The translations under genes were made by a program, and so were the position numbers. Of a stretch of 64,000 bases of DNA, positions 49,865-58,580 are shown piece after piece; the stretch's first letter is position 1; each line of letters opens with the position of its first letter. Location: positions 36,261-100,260 of the forward strand of contig JBFIHX010000008.1 of NCBI GenBank assembly GCA_041601615.1, read 5' to 3'. Source of the DNA: Thermoplasmatota archaeon. Its GTDB lineage: Archaea > Thermoplasmatota > E2 > JACPAO01 > JAHFTW01. Below the pieces are notes generated by a model. The model saw nothing but the letters and a program-made list of their open reading frames with translations, was not told the origin of the DNA and did not search any database.

Positions 49865-52800
49865 AAATAACTTCGTCGTGTCTCCAAACGTATTCCTGCG
49901 ACGGAGTCGGAGAGACTAAGTGGTCTACGAAGAACAGATCGACAGGTAGTGCCCAGTTGACAATGGGCGGTTGTTGGATGACAGCAGTGTATGGTACGCG
50001 GAGGAAGTTCGGATTGAAATCCCGCTCCTCCAATGCGTAGTGGATTTCGTCGCCTGTCTGGGCAAGGTTCCAGTAATACCCAACGATATCCCCGACGAAG
50101 TGTATTTTCATCATTGTTAAGAGCCATTTTTCGATATTTTTAGATTCTAGTGTTTTTATGATGGCCTTGACCCACCCATCGGCTTTTTGAGTAACTTCGG
50201 CGAAATTCGCGAAGTCCTCGTCCATGTCTAGAACATGGTGACGGAAGCCGATGCAATCATGGGGGTGGCTCGACTCACCCGAATGCCCGTAGTTTATCCA
50301 CTCACAGGACTTGTAGTATGCCTCCCAATAGGCATTAAGAGCAAAACCATTGCCATCATTAGGTGCACGGCCGCTGGGAGGCGGGTTCTGCACTCTGTCG
50401 CGGTCTACAGACGAGTACGGGTTGGATGGTACGAGGTTCATGAACCGGTCGCCGTCCGTGGCAGGGTTGCCTCCATTTCGAGTCTCGTATTGTTGGATGA
50501 ACCATGTGTAATACTGGCCGTTGATTGGCGTAATCTGACCCCGGTTGGAACTGAATCGTTGGTCGTGGTCGTACTCGTAGTGATCCCACCCACTGACACG
50601 ATTGCTGGAGGAATAGTATTCGTTCTTCAGCAGTTGCAGATTCGACCAGTAGTGGAAGCGGTTCCCAGTCTCATCCTCCTTCCACAACACCTTCAGGGTG
50701 TCCTTGTAGGCATGGTCGAAGAACGCATACGCATCGTAGCCGTGGCTGTCGTGATTGATGCCATTGGCGTCCGTGCGCCGAGTCGTGGTGAACCGGCTCA
50801 TGACCTCGTAGTCCTCCTGGCCTGAGTAGAGCGCGACCTCTACGATCAACTCGCCGGCCCGGTCGGAACCGCCGTTCTCGCGGATCACGGAATTGGCGCT
50901 GCCGCTGTCCAGGTCTACGCCGAAGCGCAAGCCGGGTGCAAACGACGTGCCGACGAAACGGAACGTATTGTCGCCCTCCACAAGGTATTCAGGCGGGAAC
51001 GAAATGTAGCGGTACTGTTCCTCGGTACTGCTCCATGCGCAAGGATTGATCATGTAGATCATGACTCCGTTGACTTCCAAGCTGATGCTGTACTCACCTC
51101 CTTCGCTGCACCCGGTGCTGCGGCCCCAGATGCCCATCCAGGCGTCGTAGCCGCCGCCGTAACTCAGGTCTCGGATGTCGAGAGTCTTGATGAACTCGTC
51201 ATTGCCACTGTTGACCTCCGCGCTCGTCTCGGCAGAAAAATCGTCGTTGTAGTATCCCTTGTAAGTATTGGCCTGGACCGTGTTGTAATTCCATTCCGTC
51301 GTGTAGACAGTGGTTGAATCGTTCGGAGATGGGGGCTGGCTGCTCGTGGTACCTGTCACGGACACGTCGTCCACGAACCAACCAAGGAAGCCGTTGGCGA
51401 TGCTGTCTATTGTGTCGAAGCGGAACGCGAGGCGCACGTCCTGGCCGGTGAAGCTGCTCAGGCTGTACGTGCGCGTGACCCATTGCTCTTGGCTACCGTC
51501 GATGAGCGGGAAGTCCTGCAACACGGCACCCGTCGAACTGACGACCTGGACCCATTTCCGGTCGTAGCTCGTGCCAGATTCCGTCTGGTGCCAGCTCCTG
51601 AACGACAACGTGGCGCTTCCTGGAACGGTGAAGATGGGGCTGGTCAGGGTGCCGCTGTTGCGGGCGCCGTTGTCGTAATTGTTCGTGGATTCTTGTCCGT
51701 ACCAACTGCTCTTGCAACACGACTGGTACTTGTCAGAGGACAAGTGCCACATACCGGTCGTGCTCCACGAAGTGGAGGCGCTGTTGAATCCCTCCGATAT
51801 GCCTTGGCCCGTGGAGCCGCCACCTCCGGTGTCGTCGGTTTCGGTGATTAGCACGTCGTCGATGGCCCAATGGTCGTAACTCGACCCACTGTGGGTCAGT
51901 TGGCGCCACCGGAACTGGGTGCTGGTCGTCTGGGCTCCCACTGGAATGGTTTCCGTGATGGACGTGAAGAGCGAGTAGCTGTCTTCTTTGTAGGTCTTGA
52001 TAGTCGCCCAAGAGCCGCCGCCGTTGGTGCTGTATTCCAGGACTACGTCCTCGCTGGAGTCTGCATTCTCACACGGCGAGGACCCGGTACCGATGCGGAG
52101 GTAGAAGTTGACATGGCCTCCGCTGCTTACGTCCAGGCTCTTGGTGGCGGCGCTACGGGTGGAGCCGCCATCAAAGTAGAGCGCGTAGGGGCTGCTCTGG
52201 CTGCCGCAACTGCTGCCTTCGCTAGCGCCTGAGTAGGTCCACTTGTTCGTGTCAAAGCTGCCGTCATTGAAGTTGTCCGAGAGCCGGGTCACACCGCTAC
52301 CGCCGTTGGTGACGGTGTTGGTGATGACCACGTCGTCCACGGCCCAGTGGTCTCGGTCTGTGTATGCTGCGAAGTTGAGTTCCCGCCATCGGAACATGGT
52401 GTTGCTCGTCTTAGCGACCGATGGAATCGCGGCGGACTGGGACCCCCATGAGCCGTGGCTTCCAGCTTGAAGCGTCTTGATGGCAGTCCAGGAGGAACCG
52501 CCGTTGGTCGAGTATTCCAGGACCAGATCGTCGTCGTGTTCGGGTTCGGGCTTGTCACAGGTCCCTCCCCCCGTCCCGGTTCCGTGGCGGGCATAGAAGG
52601 ATATGGAATCACCGTTCTGGACGTTGAGGCCTGGGGTGCGGGCGTAGCGGCCGCTGGTGCCGTAGAAGTAAAGGGCACGGCTTCCGCTGACGCTGCCGCA
52701 ATTCGTGGATTCACTCACGCCGCTTCGGCTCGGCCACTTGGATGAACTGATGGTGCCGTCGTCGAAATCGTCCTGGAACACGATCTGGGTGCCGACTTCC

Positions 52801-53534
52801 TGCAAGTCCGGGGATGCCGTGGGTAGTTCCGGTGTGAGGTTGGTGGTCTGGTGGTACGTGCGGTTCCAGTCCTCGAAGGGAATGTAGTCGGCCATCATGC
52901 CCGGCATGGGGTTGCTGCCGGTGCGGGGCACGCGGATGTCGGGGAGAACGTCGCGGGGCGCGGGGAGGCTGGCAGGCATTGGGGTGGATGTGGATTGGGT
53001 CGAGTCGTTGCAGTCCGGCGGGCTCGGCGGTTCGGGTGGATTAGTGTCACCCCCGCCTTCCACCTGAACGTTTACCTTGCCCCCGCTAGAGTCCGAGGAC
53101 GAGGCTCGGGAGGAGGTGGTTTGGCAGGGGTTGATAGGCGGGTCTTCCACAAGATCCAGCAGGTTGGTGTGGTAGAAGACCCGAGTCGGCACCGGGCTTT
53201 GCTGGATGGCGATCTCGTCATCGGGGAATTCCGCAAGGTCGTAGGCGGGAAGGGCGCCGGAGTAGAGTAGGCCCTTGTATTCGTCCAACTGGTTTGCCAG
53301 GGCAGTCATGACGCTGTTGGCGCGGAGGCTGCGGGCGGTGGGGGCCATGCCAGTGGGGTCAAGGCCGCCGACGGTCAGGTCCATGGCGTCCAGAAGTTCG
53401 CGCTCCAGTTCCCCCACGTCGTCGCGGCCCAGGGGCAGTTGGTCTTGGCTGGCGGTGAGGGGGATGCTCACAAGTAGCGTCAGGCTCAACACGGCGGCAG
53501 TCGTAATCTTTGTCAGGGTGGCAGGATTGAACAT
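49857..53534 (-). CDS. Large secreted protein with two Reelin-like subrepeats, a MAM/InhA-like domain and an unknown C-terminal domain
   Basis: GGAGGA RBS, signal peptide; ALYF..G, LEYSTNGG.SW, FRW, DHWA[VI]DDV x2; LTSP...GWFVDDV. Confidence 0.85.
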   Translation of the reverse strand: MFNPATLTKITTAAVLSLTLLVSIPLTASQDQLPLGRDDVGELERELLDAMDLTVGGLDPTGMAPTARSLRANSVMTALANQLDEYKGLLYSGALPAYDLAEFPDDEIAIQQSPVPTRVFYHTNLLDLVEDPPINPCQTTSSRASSSDSSGGKVNVQVEGGGDTNPPEPPSPPDCNDSTQSTSTPMPASLPAPRDVLPDIRVPRTGSNPMPGMMADYIPFEDWNRTYHQTTNLTPELPTASPDLQEVGTQIVFQDDFDDGTISSSKWPSRSGVSESTNCGSVSGSRALYFYGTSGRYARTPGLNVQNGDSISFYARHGTGTGGGTCDKPEPEHDDDLVLEYSTNGGSSWTAIKTLQAGSHGSWGSQSAAIPSVAKTSNTMFRWRELNFAAYTDRDHWAVDDVVITNTVTNGGSGVTRLSDNFNDGSFDTNKWTYSGASEGSSCGSQSSPYALYFDGGSTRSAATKSLDVSSGGHVNFYLRIGTGSSPCENADSSEDVVLEYSTNGGGSWATIKTYKEDSYSLFTSITETIPVGAQTTSTQFRWRQLTHSGSSYDHWAIDDVLITETDDTGGGGSTGQGISEGFNSASTSWSTTGMWHLSSDKYQSCCKSSWYGQESTNNYDNGARNSGTLTSPIFTVPGSATLSFRSWHQTESGTSYDRKWVQVVSSTGAVLQDFPLIDGSQEQWVTRTYSLSSFTGQDVRLAFRFDTIDSIANGFLGWFVDDVSVTGTTSSQPPSPNDSTTVYTTEWNYNTVQANTYKGYYNDDFSAETSAEVNSGNDEFIKTLDIRDLSYGGGYDAWMGIWGRSTGCSEGGEYSISLEVNGVMIYMINPCAWSSTEEQYRYISFPPEYLVEGDNTFRFVGTSFAPGLRFGVDLDSGSANSVIRENGGSDRAGELIVEVALYSGQEDYEVMSRFTTTRRTDANGINHDSHGYDAYAFFDHAYKDTLKVLWKEDETGNRFHYWSNLQLLKNEYYSSSNRVSGWDHYEYDHDQRFSSNRGQITPINGQYYTWFIQQYETRNGGNPATDGDRFMNLVPSNPYSSVDRDRVQNPPPSGRAPNDGNGFALNAYWEAYYKSCEWINYGHSGESSHPHDCIGFRHHVLDMDEDFANFAEVTQKADGWVKAIIKTLESKNIEKWLLTMMKIHFVGDIVGYYWNLAQTGDEIHYALEERDFNPNFLRVPYTAVIQQPPIVNWALPVDLFFVDHLVSPTPSQEYVWRHDEVIYD

Positions 53535-53652
53535 TCGATTTCCTCCAGTGGACTCATCGACTTCGGGCATATCGGCCGATGTGAGTTGCCCCAAGAAATG
53601 GACTTTGGTACTTGAATTCTTGCTGTAAGGGCAATTTGCATTTCCCATTTGA

Positions 53653-53676
53653 CCCAATATCAATAATCATATTGGG
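53653..53676. promoter_or_regulatory. Inverted repeat CCCAATAT-N8-ATATTGGG, putative operator
   Basis: Perfect 8-bp arms about 120 bp upstream of the large secreted gene, overlapping the stop of a wHTH gene. Confidence 0.5.
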
Positions 53677-54287
53677 GAAGATTTCTGTAGTGCCTCCTGA
53701 GCCGCAGGGTGGAGCGGGAGCGCTACAAGGCGGACGTTGCGTTTGCCGGGTTGCCCCGGCCGGACAAGGCCTGAATCTGTCACGCGCCGGACGCGGGCCT
53801 TGGTTGTGGAGATGGCCCACCCGTGATGCTGCTGGAGCTTGTGGCACAGCACCGCCAACGCCCAGGCGTTGTCCCGGATGAGCTCGTAGAGCAGCCGTAA
53901 GGCGTCGTCGCGTAGGGTGGCGGCCTGAAGCCACCACACATCTAGGTCATCGCGCCACGGGAAGAGGCAATGGCGATGGCCCAGCACGCGGCGCTCGATA
54001 TTACCCTCCTTGGTCAGGTCACCAACTACCTCCATTGCGAACGCCGCCCGCACCGGAACCCTCCGGCGGACCCGCTGGACCGCTTCAGAAACGCCGATGC
54101 CAGGGTGGCGGCGAACGACACGGGCCAGGCACCGGGCCACCTCCTTGTGGCGGCGAATGCAAGACTCGTGCGTGGGGCGCGTTTGTGTTTGGGGGTGAAG
54201 CAACAATGAGCAGGCAGGACGCATCGAGCCGTCCTGATCGTCTTGGGTAGTTAGGTGCGTTGGAGCAAACGCCGGCATTGGGTTCAT
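53667..54287 (-). CDS. Tandem winged-helix (wHTH) transcription regulator
   Basis: HPGIGVSE...LTKEGNIERR...LF and LYELIRDN...STTKARVRRVTDSGLV. Confidence 0.6.
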   Translation of the reverse strand: MNPMPAFAPTHLTTQDDQDGSMRPACSLLLHPQTQTRPTHESCIRRHKEVARCLARVVRRHPGIGVSEAVQRVRRRVPVRAAFAMEVVGDLTKEGNIERRVLGHRHCLFPWRDDLDVWWLQAATLRDDALRLLYELIRDNAWALAVLCHKLQQHHGWAISTTKARVRRVTDSGLVRPGQPGKRNVRLVALPLHPAAQEALQKSSPI

Positions 54288-54580
54288 TCTGGATCTCGTT
54301 CAAGGGCGGTCACGAGCCATGAGTGCGCTTCTAGTTCCATTTGGACGCCGCCGGGTCCGCAAGCGTAGATGGAGTCGTCGCGGCGTTGCCAGAATCCCCC
54401 TGTCCCTGCGTCGAGATTCCGCAGGAGCCGGCGGTGTTCTGCGGCCATGCGAAGGGATGCGAGGCTTTGCCGTGTCGCGCCGGCCTTGTGCCTCAGTAAG
54501 ACATCAAAATCAGAATCATCGACGTGCCGGTTGCGATTGGAGCCACGGCGATAGCTGCATCGTCCGGGGGTGTGACTCAT
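54284..54580 (-). CDS. Hypothetical protein
   Basis: ATGA overlap with the wHTH gene; no motif recognised. Confidence 0.35.
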   Translation of the reverse strand: MSHTPGRCSYRRGSNRNRHVDDSDFDVLLRHKAGATRQSLASLRMAAEHRRLLRNLDAGTGGFWQRRDDSIYACGPGGVQMELEAHSWLVTALERDPE

Positions 54581-54889
54581 GCTACCCTCAGGCCCTCTTG
54601 CGTCCCGCCCTTGAATGATCGAGGGTCCAGGGATTGTTGGTGCGTCTTGGCTCCCGTGTGTGGCCTTAGGGGGATTGCAAATGGTCTCTGTGCCGGGAAT
54701 CGGCCGTCAAGGACAACAGGAGCGGCCATCATGGCAACCACTCCCGGCCGGTCCTGTCGTCATAGAATCGCACCGTGCCGTGGTCGTCTTGCCACGCAGT
54801 CAAGAGGCCCAGGTCCAGCAAGGCCCGCAAGATTAGCTCTTCTTGGCCACCGCAAGCAAGCGGCAAATCACCCCAGGTCCCGCGGAGGG

Positions 54890-55409
54890 GGACAAGCTTG
54901 TACTCGAAGAGGGACGCGCCGTGCGCACCCTGCGCAAGCGGATTCGATCCCTCAGCACCTCGCCAATATGGCGGGGCCCTGAGACGCCCATCTTCATAGC
55001 CCCGGATGGAACGATTCCAACGGGCAAGTGGCTCAACGACGGCCTCAAGCGCGTCGCGGCCATCGCAGGCATCCGCAAACGCACCACGTCACACGTCTTC
55101 CGCGCCACCGCAGGCACCCTCATCGGCCGCGAGAACCCAAAACTCGCCATGCAACAACTCGGCGTCAGCGAAGGCGTGTTCAACCGCCACTACAACAAAC
55201 CCCGCCTGGAAGACCGCCTCCACCGACGCGACATCTTGCCGGGTGGCGAAGGCGTGCGACAATCGCCCATGGAGAAGCTCGGAACTGCCCACTGGCGCTA
55301 CGACCACGGGCTCATCAACAAGGCCGAGCTCGAGCAAGTCCGAGAACTCACCCGGCTTGAAGTGACCACGCAAACGACACCCAAACCTGAAGAAAGCGCT
55401 TACGCATGA
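54890..55409 (+). pseudogene. 5'-truncated tyrosine integrase
   Basis: SHVFRATAG, NRHY; paralog of 46423-47016; first Arg box missing. Confidence 0.8.
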
Positions 55410-55466
55410 ATGGGTTGGGGCGGTTCGTATCCTTCTCCCCGGTGCGTAGCCGGACGGAGAAGTAAG

Positions 55467-55539
55467 TAGTCCCACCCGGATTCGAACCGGGGTCACAGGC
55501 TCCAAAGGCCCGTATGATTGACCACTACACTATGGGACT
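55467..55539 (-). tRNA. tRNA-Gln (TTG)
   Basis: AGTCCCATAGTGTAGTGGTCAATCATACGGGCCTTTGGAGCCTGTGACCCCGGTTCGAATCCGGGTGGGACTA; cloverleaf, no encoded CCA. Confidence 0.95.
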
Positions 55540-55565
55540 GAGCGGATGCGAGGTCCCAGAGGGGA

Positions 55566-55621
55566 GTGGTCTTGATTGCGGTCCCGAAGGACCGCAGGAC
55601 TGACCACTACACTATGGGGCT
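55566..55621 (-). ncRNA. tRNA-Gln-like 5' half ending in a cUUCGg hairpin
   Basis: AGCCCCATAGTGTAGTGGTCAGTCCTGCGGTCCTTCGGGACCGCA; no T-arm. Confidence 0.45.
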
Positions 55622-55844
55622 CGGCGTGTTGCTTTGCGCATGGACGTTTGGAACTTCATCGTGGTCCTTTGGGACGTGGACGAGGGCCATTTTGACCATG
55701 CGCGAGGCGCTTGGGTTGCCTTGCGGCGAGCCGCCCAGCCCTGACCCCTTTTTAGGGCCTTCAGTCCCGCGTGGGCCTTGGCCCGGTTCGACCGGGGCGC
55801 TGTGGTTTTGGCTTTGGCCGTCGTAGGTTAGGTTGGTGAACATC

Positions 55845-56105
55845 ATGAGAGGTCACGATACAATCCAGGAAACACCCACGGTTCATGCGCATCGAACGGC
55901 GAAAGTCGTGGAGTTGGTGGCGACTTCCTCGAAGAGTTTCGAGGATGCGGTCAAGCACGCGATTGAGGATGCGAATCGCACGACGCGAGGCATTACCGGT
56001 TGCGAGGTGCAGCGCTGGTCGGTCCGGTGTCGTGATGGCAAGGTTTCGGAGTACCGCGTGGACCTGAAGCTGGTGTTTGGCATCGAGCATTCGCCGCAGC
56101 CGTAG
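55845..56105 (+). CDS. Dodecin family protein
   Basis: KVVELVATSSKSFEDAV...AI...GKVSEYRVDLKLVF. Confidence 0.9.
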   Translation: MRGHDTIQETPTVHAHRTAKVVELVATSSKSFEDAVKHAIEDANRTTRGITGCEVQRWSVRCRDGKVSEYRVDLKLVFGIEHSPQP

Positions 56106-56133
56106 GTTGGCGTGCTGGCCGTCCGGATTCGTT

Positions 56134-57939
56134 CTATTCTGCTTCGATCCAGCCGTTGGCTTCGGCTTGCCTGAGCATGCGCCGGAAGCTTTGGGTTTCC
56201 ATGCCGGTGATTTGAATGCGGTCGCCGGTGTGGTACTTGTGGTCCTTTTCCCAGTCTTTGAAGGCCTTGACGACTTTGACGGTGCCTTGGACGCCGCTGC
56301 CGACGAATTTCATGAGTTGCTTGCTGGTGTAGGCTTCGCTGAAGTTGCCTTGGAAGACGCCGAAGCGTTGGTGGGCGATGACGGCGATTTTGGTGCAGAC
56401 ACGATCCAGGAAGGCGCGGTCGTGGCTGACGACGAGGATGGTGCCTTCGTATTCTTGCAAGGCGGCGGCGATGACCCGTTGGCTATCAATGTCCAAGTGG
56501 TTCGTGGGTTCGTCGAGCACCAGGAGGTTGTGTTTGTCTGCGATGAATTTGGCGAGGGCTAAGCGTGCGCGTTCGCCGCCGCTGAGGTTCTTGACTTTCT
56601 TGAAGACGTCGTCGCCGACGAAGCGGAAGCGCCCGAGGAGGCCGCGGCTCCATTCGTCGGGTGGCGGTGGGTCTCGCAGGCTGCGGATTTCATCGATGAT
56701 TTCTCGCTCCGGGTCCAGGGTTTCGTGGTGCTGGTCGAAGTAGCCGATGCGGACGTTTTTGCCGAGTTTGATTTCGCCGGCGTCGGGGGGGAGTTTGCCG
56801 ATGAGGGTCTTGATGAGGGTGGATTTGCCGCAGCCGTTGGGGCCGATGATGCCGATCTTGTCGCCGCCGACCACTTCGAGGTTGGCGTCTTTGAACAAGG
56901 TGCGCCCTTCGAAGCCTTTGGTGAGGCCTTCGACATCCATGACGTCTTTGGCGACACGGTCGGTTTCGAAGAGGAGTCGGAAGCCTTTGCGCTTGGTGGG
57001 TGCTTCGGGTGCGGGCGCGCCTTGTTGTTGCTGCGATAGGCGCGTCTTGCGGCTTTTGACTTGGGAGTCGAAGCGGTTGCGGCGCTTGAGTTCCTCAATG
57101 ATGGAGAGTTGGCGTTTGACTTCGTTGAAGTCGCGGCGTTTCTTTGCGGCGATGGCTTGTGCCATGGCGGCGCGTTGCTCCTGGTAGCTGGTGTAGTTGC
57201 CGTCGTATTCGAAGACCTGTTTGTGGTCCACTTCGAAGACGCGGTTGCTGACGTTGTCCAGGAGGTATTCGTCGTGCGCGGCGACGACCACGGCGGCATC
57301 GAGGTCCAAGAGGTAGTTTTCGATGAATTCCACGGTGGGGATGTCCATGTGGTTCGTGGGTTCATCGAGGAGAAGCACGTCCGTGTCCTTGGCGGCCGAG
57401 AGCGCTTTGCACAGGAGCACTTTGCTGCGCTCGCCGCCCGAGAGTTCGCCAAACTTGGAGTCCAGCACTTCTTCGGTGAGTCCGAGGCTGTTGAGCAGCG
57501 GATTGCCGCTGGCGTCGCCCTTGGAGCGTTCCGTGGCCAGTTCTGTCTGAAGTTCGGAGTAGCGCGCCATTTTTTGCTGCGCGTCGGGCTGGTCCCAGGC
57601 TCCGGGTTCGCCCATCCATGCTTCGAGGGCGGAGACTTCGGCTTCCATGGCGTCGGCGCGGGCGGTGGGAGCGGCCAGGAGCTCCGAAACGGGCGTGTTG
57701 TGGGGAATGTCCGGCACTTGGGGCAAGTAGCTGACGCGCAGGTCCGGCTTGGTTTCGAATTCGCCGAGGTCCGCTTTCATTTGTCCGGCAAGGAGCTTGA
57801 ACAGCGTGGTTTTGCCGGCTCCGTTGGGCCCCACGAGGGCAATCTTGTCGCCGGGGTTGATGACGAACGAGGCCTCACGCAGGATGTGGCTGGGGCCGTA
57901 GGATTTGGATATGCCGTCTGCGCGCACCAGATGTTGCAT
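56134..57939 (-). CDS. ABC-F family ATPase
   Basis: Two Walker A motifs (GPNGAGKT, GPNGCGKS), LSGGE x2, DEPTNH x2, no TM. Confidence 0.93.
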   Translation of the reverse strand: MQHLVRADGISKSYGPSHILREASFVINPGDKIALVGPNGAGKTTLFKLLAGQMKADLGEFETKPDLRVSYLPQVPDIPHNTPVSELLAAPTARADAMEAEVSALEAWMGEPGAWDQPDAQQKMARYSELQTELATERSKGDASGNPLLNSLGLTEEVLDSKFGELSGGERSKVLLCKALSAAKDTDVLLLDEPTNHMDIPTVEFIENYLLDLDAAVVVAAHDEYLLDNVSNRVFEVDHKQVFEYDGNYTSYQEQRAAMAQAIAAKKRRDFNEVKRQLSIIEELKRRNRFDSQVKSRKTRLSQQQQGAPAPEAPTKRKGFRLLFETDRVAKDVMDVEGLTKGFEGRTLFKDANLEVVGGDKIGIIGPNGCGKSTLIKTLIGKLPPDAGEIKLGKNVRIGYFDQHHETLDPEREIIDEIRSLRDPPPPDEWSRGLLGRFRFVGDDVFKKVKNLSGGERARLALAKFIADKHNLLVLDEPTNHLDIDSQRVIAAALQEYEGTILVVSHDRAFLDRVCTKIAVIAHQRFGVFQGNFSEAYTSKQLMKFVGSGVQGTVKVVKAFKDWEKDHKYHTGDRIQITGMETQSFRRMLRQAEANGWIEAE

Positions 57940-57983
57940 GGGCTTGCGGGCGGCGAGTTGGGCCTTGGTGATGAGCGTTGGGC

Positions 57984-58493
57984 TCAGTCCTCGTCCTCGT
58001 CGTCGTCCTCGTACTCCTCGCCTTCTTCCAAATCGTCTGCGTCGAGGCTGTACTCTTCGGGGTCGACGCCGGGGCCGGGGTGGAAGCCGATAGGGAGCTT
58101 CGGGTTCAAGGGTCCGTCGTCGAATTCGTAGGGGAATTTATTCCAGTACGGGGAGTCGTCGAGGACGTGGTAGCGACTGTTTTCGGCGTTGATGCCACGG
58201 ATCATGTGGCTGCCGATGCGGTCGATGTGGTACAGGATGGTTCCTTGGAAGACGGATTCGCCGATTTGCTTGTAGAAGCGGCCACAGACGGTGATGGCGA
58301 TGGTGCGGTCGGTGACGAATTCGTCGACGTAGTGCGCCATGTGGTAGGCGCTGGGCAGTTCAATGTGGGGGCGGATGGTGATTTCCTCTCGGAGTCCGTG
58401 CAGGATCATGAGGGGCACGGGGGCGCCCTCGTCGCCCTGGGTGGACTCGTGGTAGGTCGTTAGAATGCGCTTGACTGCGTCGTCTTCCAGCAT
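57984..58493 (-). CDS. Hypothetical protein with acidic C-terminus
   Basis: Typical codon usage; co-oriented with neighbours. Confidence 0.7.
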   Translation of the reverse strand: MLEDDAVKRILTTYHESTQGDEGAPVPLMILHGLREEITIRPHIELPSAYHMAHYVDEFVTDRTIAITVCGRFYKQIGESVFQGTILYHIDRIGSHMIRGINAENSRYHVLDDSPYWNKFPYEFDDGPLNPKLPIGFHPGPGVDPEEYSLDADDLEEGEEYEDDDEDED

Positions 58494-58580
58494 CGGCCCA
58501 AGCTTCGCCAGTTCCGTGCTCTCTTGAAGCTTCGTGTGGTGGCGGTGGTACGATGCAGGCGTTTTCTTGGCGGGCTCGAG

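Larger units (their letters stand above)
47096..55483. mobile_element. Integrative element at the tRNA-Gln 3' end
   Basis: TAGTCCCACCCGG(T/A)TTC at 47096-47112 and 55467-55483; integrase remnant next to the tRNA. Confidence 0.8.
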
